Assembly: GCF_018977255.1 (NCBI RefSeq)
Contig: NW_024704755.1
Location: forward strand, 186,001 to 250,000
Source: Callorhinchus milii
Taxonomy: Eukaryota
Direction of reading: 5' to 3'
DNA length: 64,000 bases
This document shows, in pieces, positions 25,503-38,743 of this stretch (positions are counted from its first letter, which is position 1; each line of letters starts with the position of its first letter). Under the pieces are notes generated by a model. It saw nothing but the letters and a program-made list of their open reading frames with translations. It was not told the origin of the DNA and ran no database searches. Both the position numbers and the translations under genes were made by a program.

Positions 25503-26559
25503 GTTGGGTATCATATGTTCTCACATCCTCATGGGGATCAGGCTTTGCTGCTAAAACATTGCAGTACAATTACTCCCTAAATCACTGACTGCTGACAACT
25601 AAACACACAATAATGAGAACAGAATTAACGTCACTTTAATTCGTTGTTTCTCATCAGTAGCTTTTCTGAAACCAAAAAACGATTCCTGCACTGACAGTAG
25701 GTGGCATTGTTTATTTGCATGTCAGTATATGTTTTTATATGTGCGTGTGCATGTGTCTGTATGCTTATATATGTGCGTGTGTGTGCACAATGGGGGGAGA
25801 GAGACCTGTGGGTCAGTCTATGAGACATGGCGGTACAGTATATGTATAGATGCTGCCCCACATGCGGGGTGTGATATATATGCACTTTGTTATTGCAGTG
25901 TCCTGCTTCATATGTTAATGTGAAAGGTGATCAGTTCCAGGTGGATGTAAACGTTGTCTCAAGCAGTAGCGCTGTGTGTGTGGAACTCAGCCAAAGTGTC
26001 CAAAGGTGGATGAGTCAGTTGCTCTCAGAGAGACAGCCACAGACGCTGTAAACGTGGGCCCAGGGAAGAAATTAAACATCTTTTTTTTGATCAGCCGAGT
26101 TTTCGCATGTGTCAGACTCCTGGCTGACCCCCCAAAACTAAACATTTAATGGCAGAGACTGCTCTTTATGTGAAGCCCTGAGAGCAGAGCACAGGCAGCG
26201 GTCAGCGTCAGGGTCAGAGGGCAAAGTGACCCGCATATGGAAGTAGCATCTCAGGTAACAAGTGAATCGCTTTGAGGCGTCTGTGGACAACGTGATAAGG
26301 CGCCGTATCAAATGCAAGGATTATTATTATATCAAAGGGAAAGGATTATTATTGTTATTTCACACGGAGCAGAAAAACCTGAGGCTGTGTGTGTCTCAGA
26401 TTGTTTAAATCCCACAGAAATGTGGCAAATTCACTCCTGAGGCGATCATTCATTTTCTAATTATTATTCCTTATTATTTTAATTATTATAACTATAATCC
26501 CTTCCCTAATTATTATTGTTGTTGTTGTTATTCCCGGTCCTGTGGCTCAGCGCCAGAGA

Positions 26560-26702
26560 CACACCTCAGGCTCTGAGGTCGCTGTTTCCGGCCGCGGCCG
26601 CGAGGTGGCGGCACTGAGCCGGGCGGAGAGTCACGTGGTAGCAGCGGCTTCAGGTGACACTGCGCATGCGTCGCATTGTTGCTGGTCGGCGGTTGGAATG
26701 AG
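26560..26702 (+). promoter_or_regulatory. CpG-rich promoter and probable non-coding first exon of KIAA0513
   Basis: CpG dense; CTCF-like CCGCGAGGTGGCGG at 26598-26611, E-box GTCACGTG near 26629, NRF1-like TGCGCATGCG at 26661-26670, splice donor AG|GTGAGT at 26702/26703. Assignment to KIAA0513 is an inference from it being the next + strand gene. Confidence 0.65.
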
Positions 26703-26709
26703 GTGAGTA

Positions 26710-26890
26710 GTAACTGTCCCCCCCCCCGCGGGTTACCCTGGTAACTGTCCCCCCCCCGCGGGTTACCCTGGTAACTGCCCCCCCCCCCGCGGGTTACCCT
26801 GGTAACTGTCCCCCCCCGCGGGTTACCCTGGTAACTCCCCCCCCCCGCGGGTTACCCTGGTAACTGCCCCCCCCCCCCCCCCCCCCCCGC
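26710..26890. repeat. ~30-bp tandem repeat, 5 units, each with the palindromic X-box GTTACCCTGGTAAC
   Basis: X-boxes at 26732, 26762, 26793, 26822 and 26851, separated by C-runs plus GCGG. Confidence 0.92.
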
Positions 26891-28262
26891 GTGTGTGTGT
26901 GGGAGTCAGTGTGTGTGTGGGGGTCAGTGTGTAGGGGGGTCAGTGTGAGTGGGGGCAGTGTGTGTGTGGGGGTCAGTGTGCGTGGGGGGGCAGTGTGTGT
27001 GGGGGGCAGTGCGTGGGGGGCAGTGTGTGTGGGGGTCAGTGTGTGTGTGGGGGTCAGTGTGTGTGTGGGGGTCAGTGTGTGTGGGGGGGTCAGTGCGTGT
27101 GGGGGGGCAGTGTGTGTGGGGGGCAGTGTGTGTGGGGGGCAGTGTGTGTGGGGGGGCAGTGTGTGTGGGGGTCAGTGTGTGTGTGGGGGTCAGTGTGGTG
27201 GGGGGTGGGGGGCAGTGTGGTGGGGGGCAGTGTGTTGGGGGGCAGTGTGTGTGGGGGGGGCAGTGTGTGTGGGGGGCAGTGTGTGTGGGGGGCAGGCAAT
27301 GTGTGTGGGGGGGCAGTGTGGTGGGGGCAGTGTGTGTGGGGGTCAGTGTGTGTGTGGGGGCAGTGTGTGTGGGGGGCAGTGTGTGGGGGGCAGTGTGTGT
27401 GGGGGGGCAGTGTGCGTGGGGGGCAGTGTGTGTGTGGGGTCAGTGTGTGGGGGGCAGTGCGTGGGGGGCAGTGTGCGTGGGGGGCAGTGTGTGTGGGGGG
27501 GTCAGTGTGTGTGTGGGGGGCAGTGTGTGTGGGGGGCAGTGTGTGTGGGGGGCAGTGTTGTGGGAGTCAGTGTGTGTGGGGGGCAGTGCGTGGGGGGCAG
27601 TGTGTGTGGGGGCAGTGTGTGTGTGGGGGGCAGTGTGTGTGGGGGGCAGTGTGTGTGGGGGGCAGTGTGTGTGGGAGTGGGGGGGCAGTGTGCGTGTGGG
27701 AGTCAGTGTGTGTGTGGGGGTCAGTGTGTGGGGGGGTCAGTGTGTGTGGGGGTCAGTGTGTGTGGGGGCAGTGTGTGTGGGGGGGGCAGTGTGTGGGGGG
27801 GGCAGTGTGTGTGGGGGCAGTGTGTGTGGGGGGGCAGTGTGTGTGGGGGGCAGTGTGTGTGGGGGCAGTGTGTGGGGGGCAGTGTGTGTGGGGGGGCAGT
27901 GTGTGGGGGGCAGTGTGTGTGGGGGGCAGTGTGTGTGTGGGGGTACAGTGTGTGGGGGGTACAGTGTGTGTGGGGGTCAGTGTGTGTGGGGGCAGTGTGT
28001 GCGGTGGTGGGGGCAGTGTGTGCGGTGGTGGGGGCAGTGTGTGTGTGGGGGCAGTGTGTGTGGGGGGCAGTGTGTGTGGGGGTCAGTGTGTGTGGGGGGG
28101 CAGTGTGTGTGGGGGGCAGTGTGTGGGGGGGCAGTGTGTGTGGGGGTCAGTGTGTGTGTGGGGGCAGTGTGTGTGGGGGTCAGTGTGTGTGGGGGTCAGT
28201 GTGTGTGGGGGGGCAGTGCGTGGGCGGCAGTGCGTGGGGGGCAGTGTGTGTGTCGGGGCAGC
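26891..28262. repeat. G-rich minisatellite (G4-7 CAGT (GT)n), about 1.4 kb
   Basis: Directly visible; source of the long spurious ORFs in the track. Confidence 0.95.
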
Positions 28263-29649
28263 CTTCACTGGCTTTACTTGAAGCAGTGCTGTGGTTTGAC
28301 CCTGTGTGTGTGTGTGTGTGTGTGTGTGACGGTTGCGGCTCCGCCGGGCAGTGCCCACAGGAGGCTTTATTGTCACTTTGATGCTCTTACTGTTTGTGGA
28401 ATCGGGTAGTAACAGGAGTTCCGGCTAAAGTGATGATTTTCTTTAATGCTTTGGTCCATTTCTGTGATACTGAGATGTTTCGTGTTTAAACCCTGAGCCC
28501 AGGACTTGCTGACAGTGGTTTGGAGTGTTTTGTCAGCTTTTTATTGTGTTGGAATTAATTGCATTAATATTTATTGTGTCAACCATAAGGATAGGAACCT
28601 TTGATGTAGTGTCCATCACGTCAGTGTCTCAAAGTGCGTCACAGGGAATTGCTGTCATGTTTAGTAATTGTTTTGGAGGTAATCGCTGCAGTCAGGCACT
28701 AGGAGAAACTTCCATATCTTTTTCAACAATGCCATGGGATCTTTCAACATCTGTACAGTCAAACGGGATCTTGGATCAGTGTGTCACCCGAAGGATGGAA
28801 CCTCTGACATTGCAGCCCTCCCCCCAGCACTGTGCTCAAATGTCAGCCTGGACTGGACAGGCTATCACTGTGCTCCTTGCGCCGCATGTTAAATGTGTAA
28901 TTCCCTGTGTGTAATAGAAACATAGAGTAGGCTATTGAGCCTCTCGAGCCTGTTTCACCATTCTATAAGATCAAGGCTAATCTGTACTTCAAGTCCAGTA
29001 ACCCGATCTTACCCCATATCCCCCCCCAAATAATAATAATAATCCTTGCATTTGATATAGTGCCTTATCACTTCTTTGAGACATCTCAAAGCGATTCACA
29101 GGATATATTGTGTAGTGGAGTGACTGTATTTTGTGGGCGGAACAAATTGTGGACAGACAATCACTTGGTTTTATTCCAGTAAATTGCTGTGGATGTCACT
29201 TTGTTCAACTCAACAACAACAACAACAAAATTAAATTTATAGAGCGTTGGGAGGACGTCCCAAGGCGCTGGACAATCAGGGGTCAGGCTCCTGAGCAAAT
29301 GGGACCCAGCACTTTATTTTCATCAGGGAGTGTCACAGAGAAAGCTTTTGTTGTCTTCATTGAATAAGAAAAATGAATTGAGAAAATAAATTGCAGTTTA
29401 GATTTAATTTAATAATCTTAGACTCATCTTGGGGAAGTTAAAGAGTAACAACCGTGCATCATCTGCTGCATAATGTGGGAGGGTAATTACACTAATGCTG
29501 ACCTCAAGGGGTTTCATGTAGAGATGAATGTCTGGTGCTATGACATGGCTGTTATTGCTCATCATGCTGCTCTTTGATAATCCTGAGCCCAATGGTCTCC
29601 TCCTGGGTATAAACTCCCATCCAATTGCAATTCTTGCATAATTCTTGCA

Positions 29650-29950
29650 AGGTGAAACATTGGGCAAGTTTCCTTACTCCACACGCCTCTGTGTACCTAG
29701 CAGTAAGTAGGAACTCGCTTGTTAGTCGTTGGTGGATCGCTATCTGGGGAAAATAATCCCTACAAAAATAATAATAATTTTGTCACTCAATTCATGACTG
29801 TTTGTGGGACACTTCTGTGTGCAATTGGTTGCCGTGTTTCACCCACAAAATATAGTCAATTCACTTCACAGTATATTCTGTGAAGCGCTTTGAGACGGCT
29901 AAAAGATGAGATAAAGTGCTATATAAAATGCAAGGATTATTATCATTATT
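29650..29950 (+). mobile_element. Older, longer-bodied DeuSINE variant
   Basis: Same core and tail as the young SINE but with about 70 extra bp after CTCCACAC; a related minus-strand copy is at about 55405-55665. Confidence 0.75.
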
Positions 29951-30334
29951 ATGATCATGATGCTGTGCACATAAAGTGATGGTAGCGGCAACCTGACAGT
30001 TCAGACATCGTCATTTTTGTGCAATGAAAGGATTTGGAGCACAATCTCTATTGTCAGGTAGAAAAAAGTGAGGGCTCACAGCTCAATTACATTATAAGCG
30101 ACCTTTAGAGCAAGGTGCAATGGGTTGTCTTGTATGTGGAATGTTCAATAATGTGGTTGGGAGACAGAAGATGCTCCTATGTCCAGGAAGGTTTGTCTAG
30201 CACGTCTCGTGTAGTCTGACCAGGATGAGCTTTCCTTGCTTTGCTCATGCTGTACCACTCTACCATTCTCCTATTGAACTCTCCTCTCTTATCCCATCTT
30301 CGCTTGAAACGTGCAGTTCAGCACACATCATTGT

Positions 30335-30652
30335 GGAGTCCTGTAGCTCAGTGGTTAGAGCACTCGCTTTGCAAGCGAGACACCTGAGTTCAATTCCAGG
30401 CAGAGGGCGAAACCTTGGGCAAGTTTCCTTACTCCACACAGAGCCTAATAATAATCCCTCCAAAAACAAAACAATAATAAATTGGTCATTTTGAATCTAT
30501 GACTGTTTGTGGGACATTGCTGTGTGCAATTGGCTGCCGCGTTCGCCCACAACTATACAGTCAATTCACTTTACAGTGTGTTCTGTGAAGCGCTTTGGGA
30601 TGTCCTCCCGACGTGAAAAGCGCTATAACAAATGCAAGGATTATTATTATCA
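30335..30652 (+). mobile_element. Full-length DeuSINE
   Basis: Same SINE consensus. Confidence 0.92.
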
Positions 30653-33069
30653 TCCTGCAACTCCCCTCCTCTTCCTCCCTGTTTGCCACACGGATTCCAG
30701 CTCCATTCCAGTGCCTTAGACTCTAGAGCTCTCTCCAACCTCAGGCTTTCCTTCCTCCTACACTCTGATATCCCAGCCTGGTGTCACCCAGCCTCGCTGC
30801 CTGGTATCCTGCGCTGTATGTGACCTTGGCCTCTGCCTGGGTTTCCTGACAAAACAACATTTAGAAGGATGATTGGGAGTTTGAGGACATTTTGTGTTTG
30901 ATTTGAAAGCTTATCCACCCCTGTTGCATCAGTTGTGGTTGCTGAGAGGAATGGGTCAGTACTTGTCTTAAACTTCTTATTTTTTTAATTGAATCAAGTT
31001 TTATTTGGCCAGGATTGGGATGTGTTCATGTACACACTTGAATTATTCGGCAAGTTAACTTTATTAAATAGCTCATTCCTTTTGGAAAATGATTTAAAAG
31101 AACATGTCACATTTCAATGAATTGATTGCATTAATCAACATTAATACACACCAGACTTTCTCAGGGTTTACATGACCCAACTGAAGTGTTCCTACTTCAG
31201 AAGAAGAGATGTAGCTTCTTAAGACATTTATTTGTGACATTTCAATGCGATGAGATGCTGGAAAAATACAAGTTTTTCTTTCTGTGACTCAAATGCTGTC
31301 TGTATGTGTTGTGTCTCAAGACCTTTCTCTTCTACCGTGCCTTCAGCTCCCCTCTCAACTCTCTAACCCCTCCTTGCTTCCTCCCTCCCCTCACCCTGAC
31401 CATTTCCCCCCTGCTCGGGTCCCGACCCAATTGTCCAGCGCCTTGGGACGTCCTCCCGACGTGAAAGGTGCTCTATATATGAAATCTTGTTGTTGTGTGT
31501 GTATGTGGCTAGACTGACATTCCTGGGAAATGAGGAGTGAGCTTTAACCCTGTGCCCAGCTTCTGCAACCACTCTGTTATCTTATAAAACAATCTAATTT
31601 GCTTAGATTGAGCTGTAAACATAGGCTGCCCTTGATTCTCCTCAGACTAAAGCACAGCCTGGCCTGGCTCAGTGCAAGATCCCGTGCTTGGCCATGTGTG
31701 TGAGCTCTCAATGTGGGGATAGCAGGAATAAGAGAGAGAGAAAGCTTTCTGTTCATTGTTTATGGTTCTCATTTTCTGAAACAGGCTAATTAACCTCTCA
31801 GGCCGTCAGCAGGTATTGGGGTATGACTAAAAGGAGAATGACTAAATTAAACTAAAGGTCGGTCAGTGCTGCCGACCAACTGAGCAGTGGCTGACTTTAA
31901 AAATTGGAATCAATGTAGAAAATGTAATGTCAGAGTCAGGAACTGTAAACGTGTGCAGTGTGGAGTGGCCATCAGCCACAGAGAGTGGTGTGATTATTGA
32001 TCTGTCACTGAAGATTTCCAGTCAATGTGAAGCTGCTGCCAAGAGACCTAAACAAATGGGCTAACTCTGTGCATTCAAACTCTGTATTGTTAACAGTAAT
32101 CCTTACATTTGGTTTAGTGCCTTTCATGTCTGGAGAATGTCCCAGAATGCTTACTGTATGTACCAATATTTATGGTTGACCGACAAAATACATTTTTGTT
32201 TTAAAACACTGAAAACAGACTACCGAACGGACAGGGATTGACCTAGAATTGTGTGAAGATTCGGGGGCCACTTCTTGAAGGCCTCATGTGCCAATTCCGG
32301 TCCGTGGGCGACAGGTTGGAAACCACTGGGATATACTGTAAACAACAACAACAAAATTACATTTGTATAGCATCTTTCACGTCGGGAGGACGTTCCAAAA
32401 TGCTGGACAATCAGTGTTTCGGTAGTCCGCGTGAAGTGGTGGTGGGGTTGTAGGTTCCTCCTGTGGTGTTCTCTCTCTGGGGGTTTAGTTGTGGCTCGAG
32501 GCAAGTGTGATTACACTTTACGAGGTTACTTCAGGGAGTCAAGTCGTGTTGAGTTGTTCAGTTCCATTTGAAGCTGAAGGTTTCCTCTGGGATTTGTGTT
32601 GAATTAAAGAGCTTGAACGTTAACAATGAGATTAATCCTGGAAAGGATCCATTACAGAGCAGCAACAGCATTCCTGTCTGACCGAGATCAGGGGTAGTAA
32701 ATGGGAGGAGGGGAGGGGTGGCGAAGGAGAGTATTGAGCGAAGGGGAAGAAGAAGGTAAGGGAGCAAGAAGGTCGAGGAGTCACTTTTCTCCCCCCCCCC
32801 ATTGGGGTGCTCATTCAGCTGTGTGAAATGCTAGGAGAGATCCTCCGAGCGTGAAAGGCTCTATTTAAATGTAATTGTTGTTAAGCATAGTTTTTAATGA
32901 TAGATATAATAGGCTGGGGGTTGTGCAGGCCCCACTCCTCTCTCTGGTTTGTTTGTTTTCTGGGAACCTGTAGATTGTTGATTTGTCACCAGGAAGCTGC
33001 TGTTTGACAGGATAAAGCCAGACAAAGCTGATGGCTGAACTGCCCAAAGCTTGGTTTAGGGAGCGTCTC

Positions 33070-33330
33070 CAACAACAACAACAAAATTACATTTGTATAG
33101 CGCCTTTCACGTTGGGAGGACATCCCAAGGCGCTGGACAGAGAGTGTTTCGGACTTGAGCTGGGGGTTGGGATCGGGGAGGGTGGAGGGCAGGTAGGGAA
33201 GGAGAGTGTTCGAAGGCACGGTTGAAAAGGACGGTCTTGAGATGGGTCTTGAAGGAGGTAAGGGAGGGGACGAGGCGGAGGGATTGCAGGATGGAGTTCC
33301 AGAGGGTGGGGGTGGAGTGGCTGAAGACCT
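33070..33330 (-). mobile_element. L2 3' fragment
   Basis: FSHSTPTLWNSIL..FKTHLKTVLF plus tail. Confidence 0.85.
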
Positions 33331-33807
33331 GCCTGTTAAAGACCTGTCCCGTAGAAAGACAAACACACATCGACTCCAGCTGCCTATTGCTACACTTTGG
33401 CTGGCAATGGGGGGATTTCCACATAGAAGGGCTGGAAAGAGGTGTGTGTCTGTGAAAACATTGCTGACCCTCCAGTCCAGCACTGGGAGAGCTGTTCTTC
33501 GGATGCAATGTTAAACTGAGGTCCCAAATCTCTGCCTGTTCAGGTGGACGTTAAAGATCCCGTGGCACTATCTGAAAAAAGAAGGGAGTTTTTCCCAATG
33601 CCCTGGCTGACAATGTCCAGGTGTGTGTGAGTAACTGCAGGTCTTGTGTGTGAAGTCCTCTGGGTCGCTACCCCACATGAAGGGCGCTTTGTAAATGCAA
33701 GTTGTTGTTGTTTTTGCAGGCGTGAGCAGTCGGGTTGTGCGGGGATGAGGCCAATGCTGGTGCTCATGTTGTGATGCAGTAACCTTGGCTAATGTAGAAG
33801 CGGTAGC

Positions 33808-36800
33808 ATGGGCACCCCGGCAGCCTCCAGCCCTGCACATCAACGCCTCCACCTGCTCGGCAGTGACTCCGCCTGTGTGGCCCCAAACACCAGAGCAATG
33901 CCAGAGAGGCTGGAGCCGGATCGGAGCAGTGATAGCACAGGCAGTGAGAGCGAGAGTGAGCTAGGTGACTACCCCACTCTCCCGAGCCAGGATAACGGCA
34001 CCTCCTCAGATGAATCCTTCTCTTCCCACCAGAGCAGTGAGTTGCTGGAGACGGCCGAGCGCAGGGAGTTCATGCGTAAATATGTGGAGAAGATCTTCAG
34101 TGGAGGGTAAGAGGTGGGAGGGAGGGGCCTGGGGTGTGTAGCCTTTGTCGGGCAATGGTTTCTTGCTGAATGTCTCAGCCAGTAATGCTGCTTCCTCCAT
34201 CCTGATATTCAGGGAAGCAATAAACCAGGAGGAGAAGGCTCGGTTTGGGGTGCTGTGCTCCGAGCACAGTCCTGAAGGCAGAGAGTGGTTTGCGAAACAT
34301 GTCAGTGCGCAGGTGAGTAGGTATGAGTAGCACAGGTGAGCGTTTGCGAAGTGGGGAGGGGGCAGTGGGCACAGTGAGCTCCGCCCTGTGCAGGGGGAGC
34401 TGTGAACCACACCAAGTTCCTGCCACTGGGGGATGATGTGTTGGCAGTGCTGTCCCCTAGTGGCCAATCCTGATACTGCAGCACCAGGCTGCTCCATCCA
34501 AAATCAAATTGCACCCACAAACCGCTCCCGCTTGTGTACATGTGATTGTGTGAGGTGAGGCTTACACAACACGCGAGATGGTTGGGTGCTGCCGTGTGTT
34601 TAGAATTTAGCAACAATTTGACTTGAAGTTGGTAACATTAGGAGGTGTGTGCGTGCGTGTGCGTGTGTGTGCGTGTGTGTGAAGCTGCTGGGTTGTGACG
34701 ACATATCTCTAGCGCTGTGCATGCCATGCAGTAACACAATCTGATCTCTCTGCAGCGGTGTAATTCTAAATGTGTGTCTGAGCACACCTTCTACAGGCTT
34801 GTCCAGTCCTTTGCTGTAGTCCTGTTTGAGTGAGTATTGGTTTTGCTTTCTGAGTTAATTTGGGCTCTTGACTTTTATGGGTGGAGCCGAGGGGATGGAG
34901 CGAGGGGAGGAGCGAAGGGGGAAGTGGAGTGAGGAGGGGGGAGCTAGGGAGGAGCAGGGTGGAGTGAGGTGGGGAAGTGGAGTGAGGAGAGGGTGTGGAT
35001 AGGGGCGGGAGCGAGGGAAGGGGCAGGAGCGAGGGAGGTGGGGGAAAGGGGGTGAGTGCAAGGGAGGGGAGGGGGAGCAGGAAAAACGATCCTCAATCAG
35101 GAGAGGGGAGAGAGAGAGACGATGATGTGTGTGTGATCACCTCTTGTTCCAGGTGTTTCCAGATGGATGATTACAGCCCGGCCAAGAACCTGATGACCAT
35201 GTGTTTCACTTTCTATCACGTGGGTAAGTGCCACTTCACAATTAGTCAACATCACTTCAGTCTATCTCATCTCATCCCTCCAGAATAGAGGGGAGCAGAG
35301 AGGAGGAGTAGCGAACGAGCAGCTCCAGGGACAAATTCCAGCTTCATTACAGCAAATCCTGTTCATTGCCCTGAAGCCAGAGACTCCACTCCGTTCTCTG
35401 TGTGGAAGCTCCTTGTGACAATACCGTCCTCCGGTGGCATATAAAAGTACTGCAGTGTTCATCCCTCCAGTTGTATTCAGTATCTCCGCAGGATTCCCTA
35501 CTTGCTGGGTCGCCCTCTGCTTGCACCACAAATCCCTCTTTATTTTCCTGCCGTTGCAGCCAAGCCTTGTGTGAGCGTCACTGACTTGAGAGAGAAACCC
35601 GCTGCACCCATCGACTCCTACCTGAGAACCGCCAACAGCTGGCTGGCAGGCAAGCGAGACCTCGCGGACAAGCTGCTGAGGAACAAGGAAAACGTCAAGG
35701 CCATCTTCGGGGGGCGGGAGACCAGGCTGAAGCAACCACAAGCCAATAGCGGGTGGGTATTGGCTGGCCTCATCCGGACCCCGAGGGTAATCGGGGCTGG
35801 TTGGTGGAACCCAGGAGAGAGTAGCAGAATGGGGGAAAAGTGGACATTTTGTGGACCAACCACTACCTTGTGTTACTCTGTGTTTCAGGAGCGCTGAGCC
35901 CCAAGCCCGGAAACGATCACGGAAAACAGGTACGTGATTCCTGACTGACCATCTGCCTCCTGGTCAGTATTAGTCACTCAGTGCCGCTGTGTCAGACCAG
36001 CGCTATTCACCTGACACCAAGGTGAGCTGTCTGACTTGTATTTTGCTGATGGAACATGTTTCTGATTGTCCTCAGTGAAACTGGGCTGTGGAGAGGAGCA
36101 GAAAGGAGAGAAAGTCTACTTGTACACACATCTGAAAACACAGCCTATCTGGTAGGCCTTCACATTGTGACATTCACTCATTGTCACGTAGAAGCAGCCG
36201 GAAGCTGCTGGATGAATGTGCAGTGTGTGTGGCCTGAACCCGCTTCCTCCCCCCTGCCTCCCCCCGGGAGCTCCCCCACGCTGTGATCAATGACATGGTG
36301 GTTGGCTGGAGAGGGGGGAAACAACACTTACTGTGTTTATAGGTGGGGGTGGTTTCGAGGCACGGTGCAACTCACAGTGACTGACTGTTATCTCTCTGCT
36401 CTTGCTGGCAGGCATACGCTCCGTTTCTGGAATGCTGCCTTCTTTGATGCTGTCCATTGTGAACGGAGGAAGCGATCGCCCACCACAAGGTACAGATTGG
36501 GGGGAGGGGGTTGTGAGGGAGGGACTATGGGAGGGAAACTCTGCAGCAGCCCGTGTACTCTTGCGCACCGGGCTCCGCGACTCCCACCCTCGCCCGACTC
36601 CACTGGCTCCCAATCCCCCAGAGGATCAAGTTCTAGATCCTTGTCCTCACTTTCAAGTCCATCCATGGCCTTGCCCACTCCGACTTCTAAGACCTGCTGA
36701 CTCCCTACCAACCTACCCGCTCCCTCCGTTCAGCGGGCTCCGGCCTGCTCCATGTCTCCTGCCCGACCCACCCTACCATCGGTGACCGGGCTTTCAGCCT

Positions 36801-38743
36801 CTCTGCCCCCACACTCTGGAACTCCATCCCACGGTCCCTTTGCCTCACTTCCTCCCTCGCCTCATTCAAGGCCGGTCTCAAGATCCTTCTCTTCGATCAT
36901 GCCTTTGGTCTCCCTCCCACCTCTCTGCCTTCCCTCATCCCAGGGAAGGACTGGGGGAGGGGGTTTGAGGGCGAGAGGGGGCAGAAGTCCGCAGGTGCAG
37001 GTTGACATGAGGATACCCAGTGACATTGACGGGTGTTTCAGATTACAATCAGTCACTGTGAGGCTGCCACTATCAGCAACTCCATCCTTTGTGTGAGATG
37101 TTAAACTGAGCTCCTGTTTGTGCAGGCGGACATTAAAGATTCACAGTGCTGTTGGAAAAGACTTACTCTCTCTTGCTGTCCCCAAATCGTATCCCAAGTA
37201 CAACTGGTCATTTACTTTGTGGCTGTGTGTGGGACATTGCTGTGTGTAAAATAGCTGCTGTGTTAGACTACAAAACACACAGTCACTATATCCTGTGCTG
37301 GCCCCTCCCCACCCTGTGCTGGCCCATCCCTTGGCACCATGTGCTGACTCTTCCTCCTGGCACCCCGTGTTGGCTAACACATTACACTTGTATTGACAGG
37401 GAGCGATGGAGCCACATGACGGCTGAGGAACGAGACGACAGCCTCCGGTTCAACGAGAATATTGCGTTTGGGCAACTTGGGTAAGAGCAGGCGGGGGCAG
37501 GGGGAGCAGACGGGGGCAGGGGGAGCAGGCGGGGACATGAAGGGGGAGCAGGCGGGGGCAGGAAGGGGGAGCAGGCGGGAGCAGGCGGGGGCAGGAAGGG
37601 GGAGCAGGCGGGGCAGGAAGGGGGAGCAGGCGGGGACAGGGAGGGGATCAGGCGGGGGAAGGAAGGGGGAGCAGGCGGGGGAATGAAAGGAGCAGGCGGG
37701 GGAAGGAAGGAGGAGCAGGCGGGGGAAGGAAGGGGAGCAGGCGGGGGAAGGAAGGAGAAGCAGGCGGGGGAAGGAAGGAGAAGCAGGCGGGGGAAGGAAG
37801 GGGGAGCAGGCGGGGGAAGGAAGGGGGAGCAGGCAGGGGCAGGGGGAGCAGGCGGTGGGAGGGGACACCTTCCACATAACATCTCAAAGTTACGGGGAGG
37901 GAGTGTGGTCATAGGCTCAGGCCAAGTGCCAGGTTTTAAGGTGGGATTTAAAGCCTGATCGGGGGTGATCCCGAGTTAGCTGAGGAGCCGGGTAGGAGAG
38001 CAGAGAGATGGGGAGGTGTTCGGATCTAGATATCGATTGGGTGGAGCCTACTGAGCACTGGAGTTGGTGTGGAGTCAATGTGGAGTGGAGGCGAGGGAGG
38101 AAAAATGGTGCCAAGGTCATGTGTACGACATGATTCCCTCCATGTCCGGCAGCACCTTCACACACAACATGTTGGCCTTTGGACTGAGCCAGAAGCTGTG
38201 CAATGACTTCCTGAAGAAACAAGCAGTGATCGGCAACCTGAACGAAGGTCAGACTGGTGCTGCAGGGGAGTGGGTACTGTTTAACCCGCGCTGCCACTGA
38301 GCTGGGAGTGTGGTTGTACAGTGTAGAAGGAGCTTTACTGTGTCTCTAACCCTGACCTGGGAGTGTGGACGGACGCACAGTGTAGAGGGAGCTTTACTGT
38401 GTCTCTAGCCCAGACCTGGGAGTGTGGACTCACAATGTAGAGGGAGCTTCACTGTGTCTGTAACCCTGACCTGGGAGTGTGGACGCACAGTGTAGAGGGA
38501 GCTTTACTGTGTCTCTAACCTTGACCTGGGAGTGTGGACGCACAGTGTAGAGGGAGCTTTACTGTGTCTCTAACCCTGACCTGGGAGTATGGATACACAG
38601 TGTACAGGGAGCTTTACTACGTCTCTAACTTGGGAGGAGGGATTGGCCTGTTGTTTGTGTTCTCTATTCACCTCCTTACTGACTTCCCAACAGAACAATA
38701 CCAGCTTCTGTGCAACAACATCCAACAAATGGCCGTGGAATAA
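33808..38743 (+). CDS. KIAA0513: KIAA0513 protein (SBF2-like C-terminal domain)
   Basis: Exons 33808-34106, 34213-34312, 34756-34829, 35153-35223, 35560-35752, 35889-35929, 36076-36151, 36412-36489, 37400-37480, 38153-38247, 38694-38743. Peptides [80 protein letters not shown] and [11 protein letters not shown] match recalled human KIAA0513. Confidence 0.96.
36535..36925 (+). mobile_element. L2 3' fragment
   Basis: [19 protein letters not shown]-type motifs across frameshifts. Confidence 0.75.
37487..37858. repeat. Purine-rich minisatellite (GAGCAGGCGGGGGAAGGAAGGG)n
   Basis: Directly visible, starting just after a splice donor. Confidence 0.9.
38300..38635 (+). repeat. 55-bp minisatellite, about 6 copies (ACAGTGTAGAGGGAGCTTTACTGTGTCTCTAACCCTGACCTGGGAGTGTGGACGC)
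   Basis: Directly visible, in the last intron of KIAA0513. Confidence 0.92.

Noticed and set aside
26891-28409. ORFs of 439-496 aa rich in G, V, C and W
   Set aside because: Open in all three frames only because the minisatellite lacks stop codons; the same applies to the ORFs at 2-624, 45494-47593, 52309-53354, 59370-60469 and 61844-62741.
32260-32328. Possible hAT MITE terminus (CAGGTTGGAAACCACTG)
   Set aside because: No matching opposite TIR or target-site duplication found.
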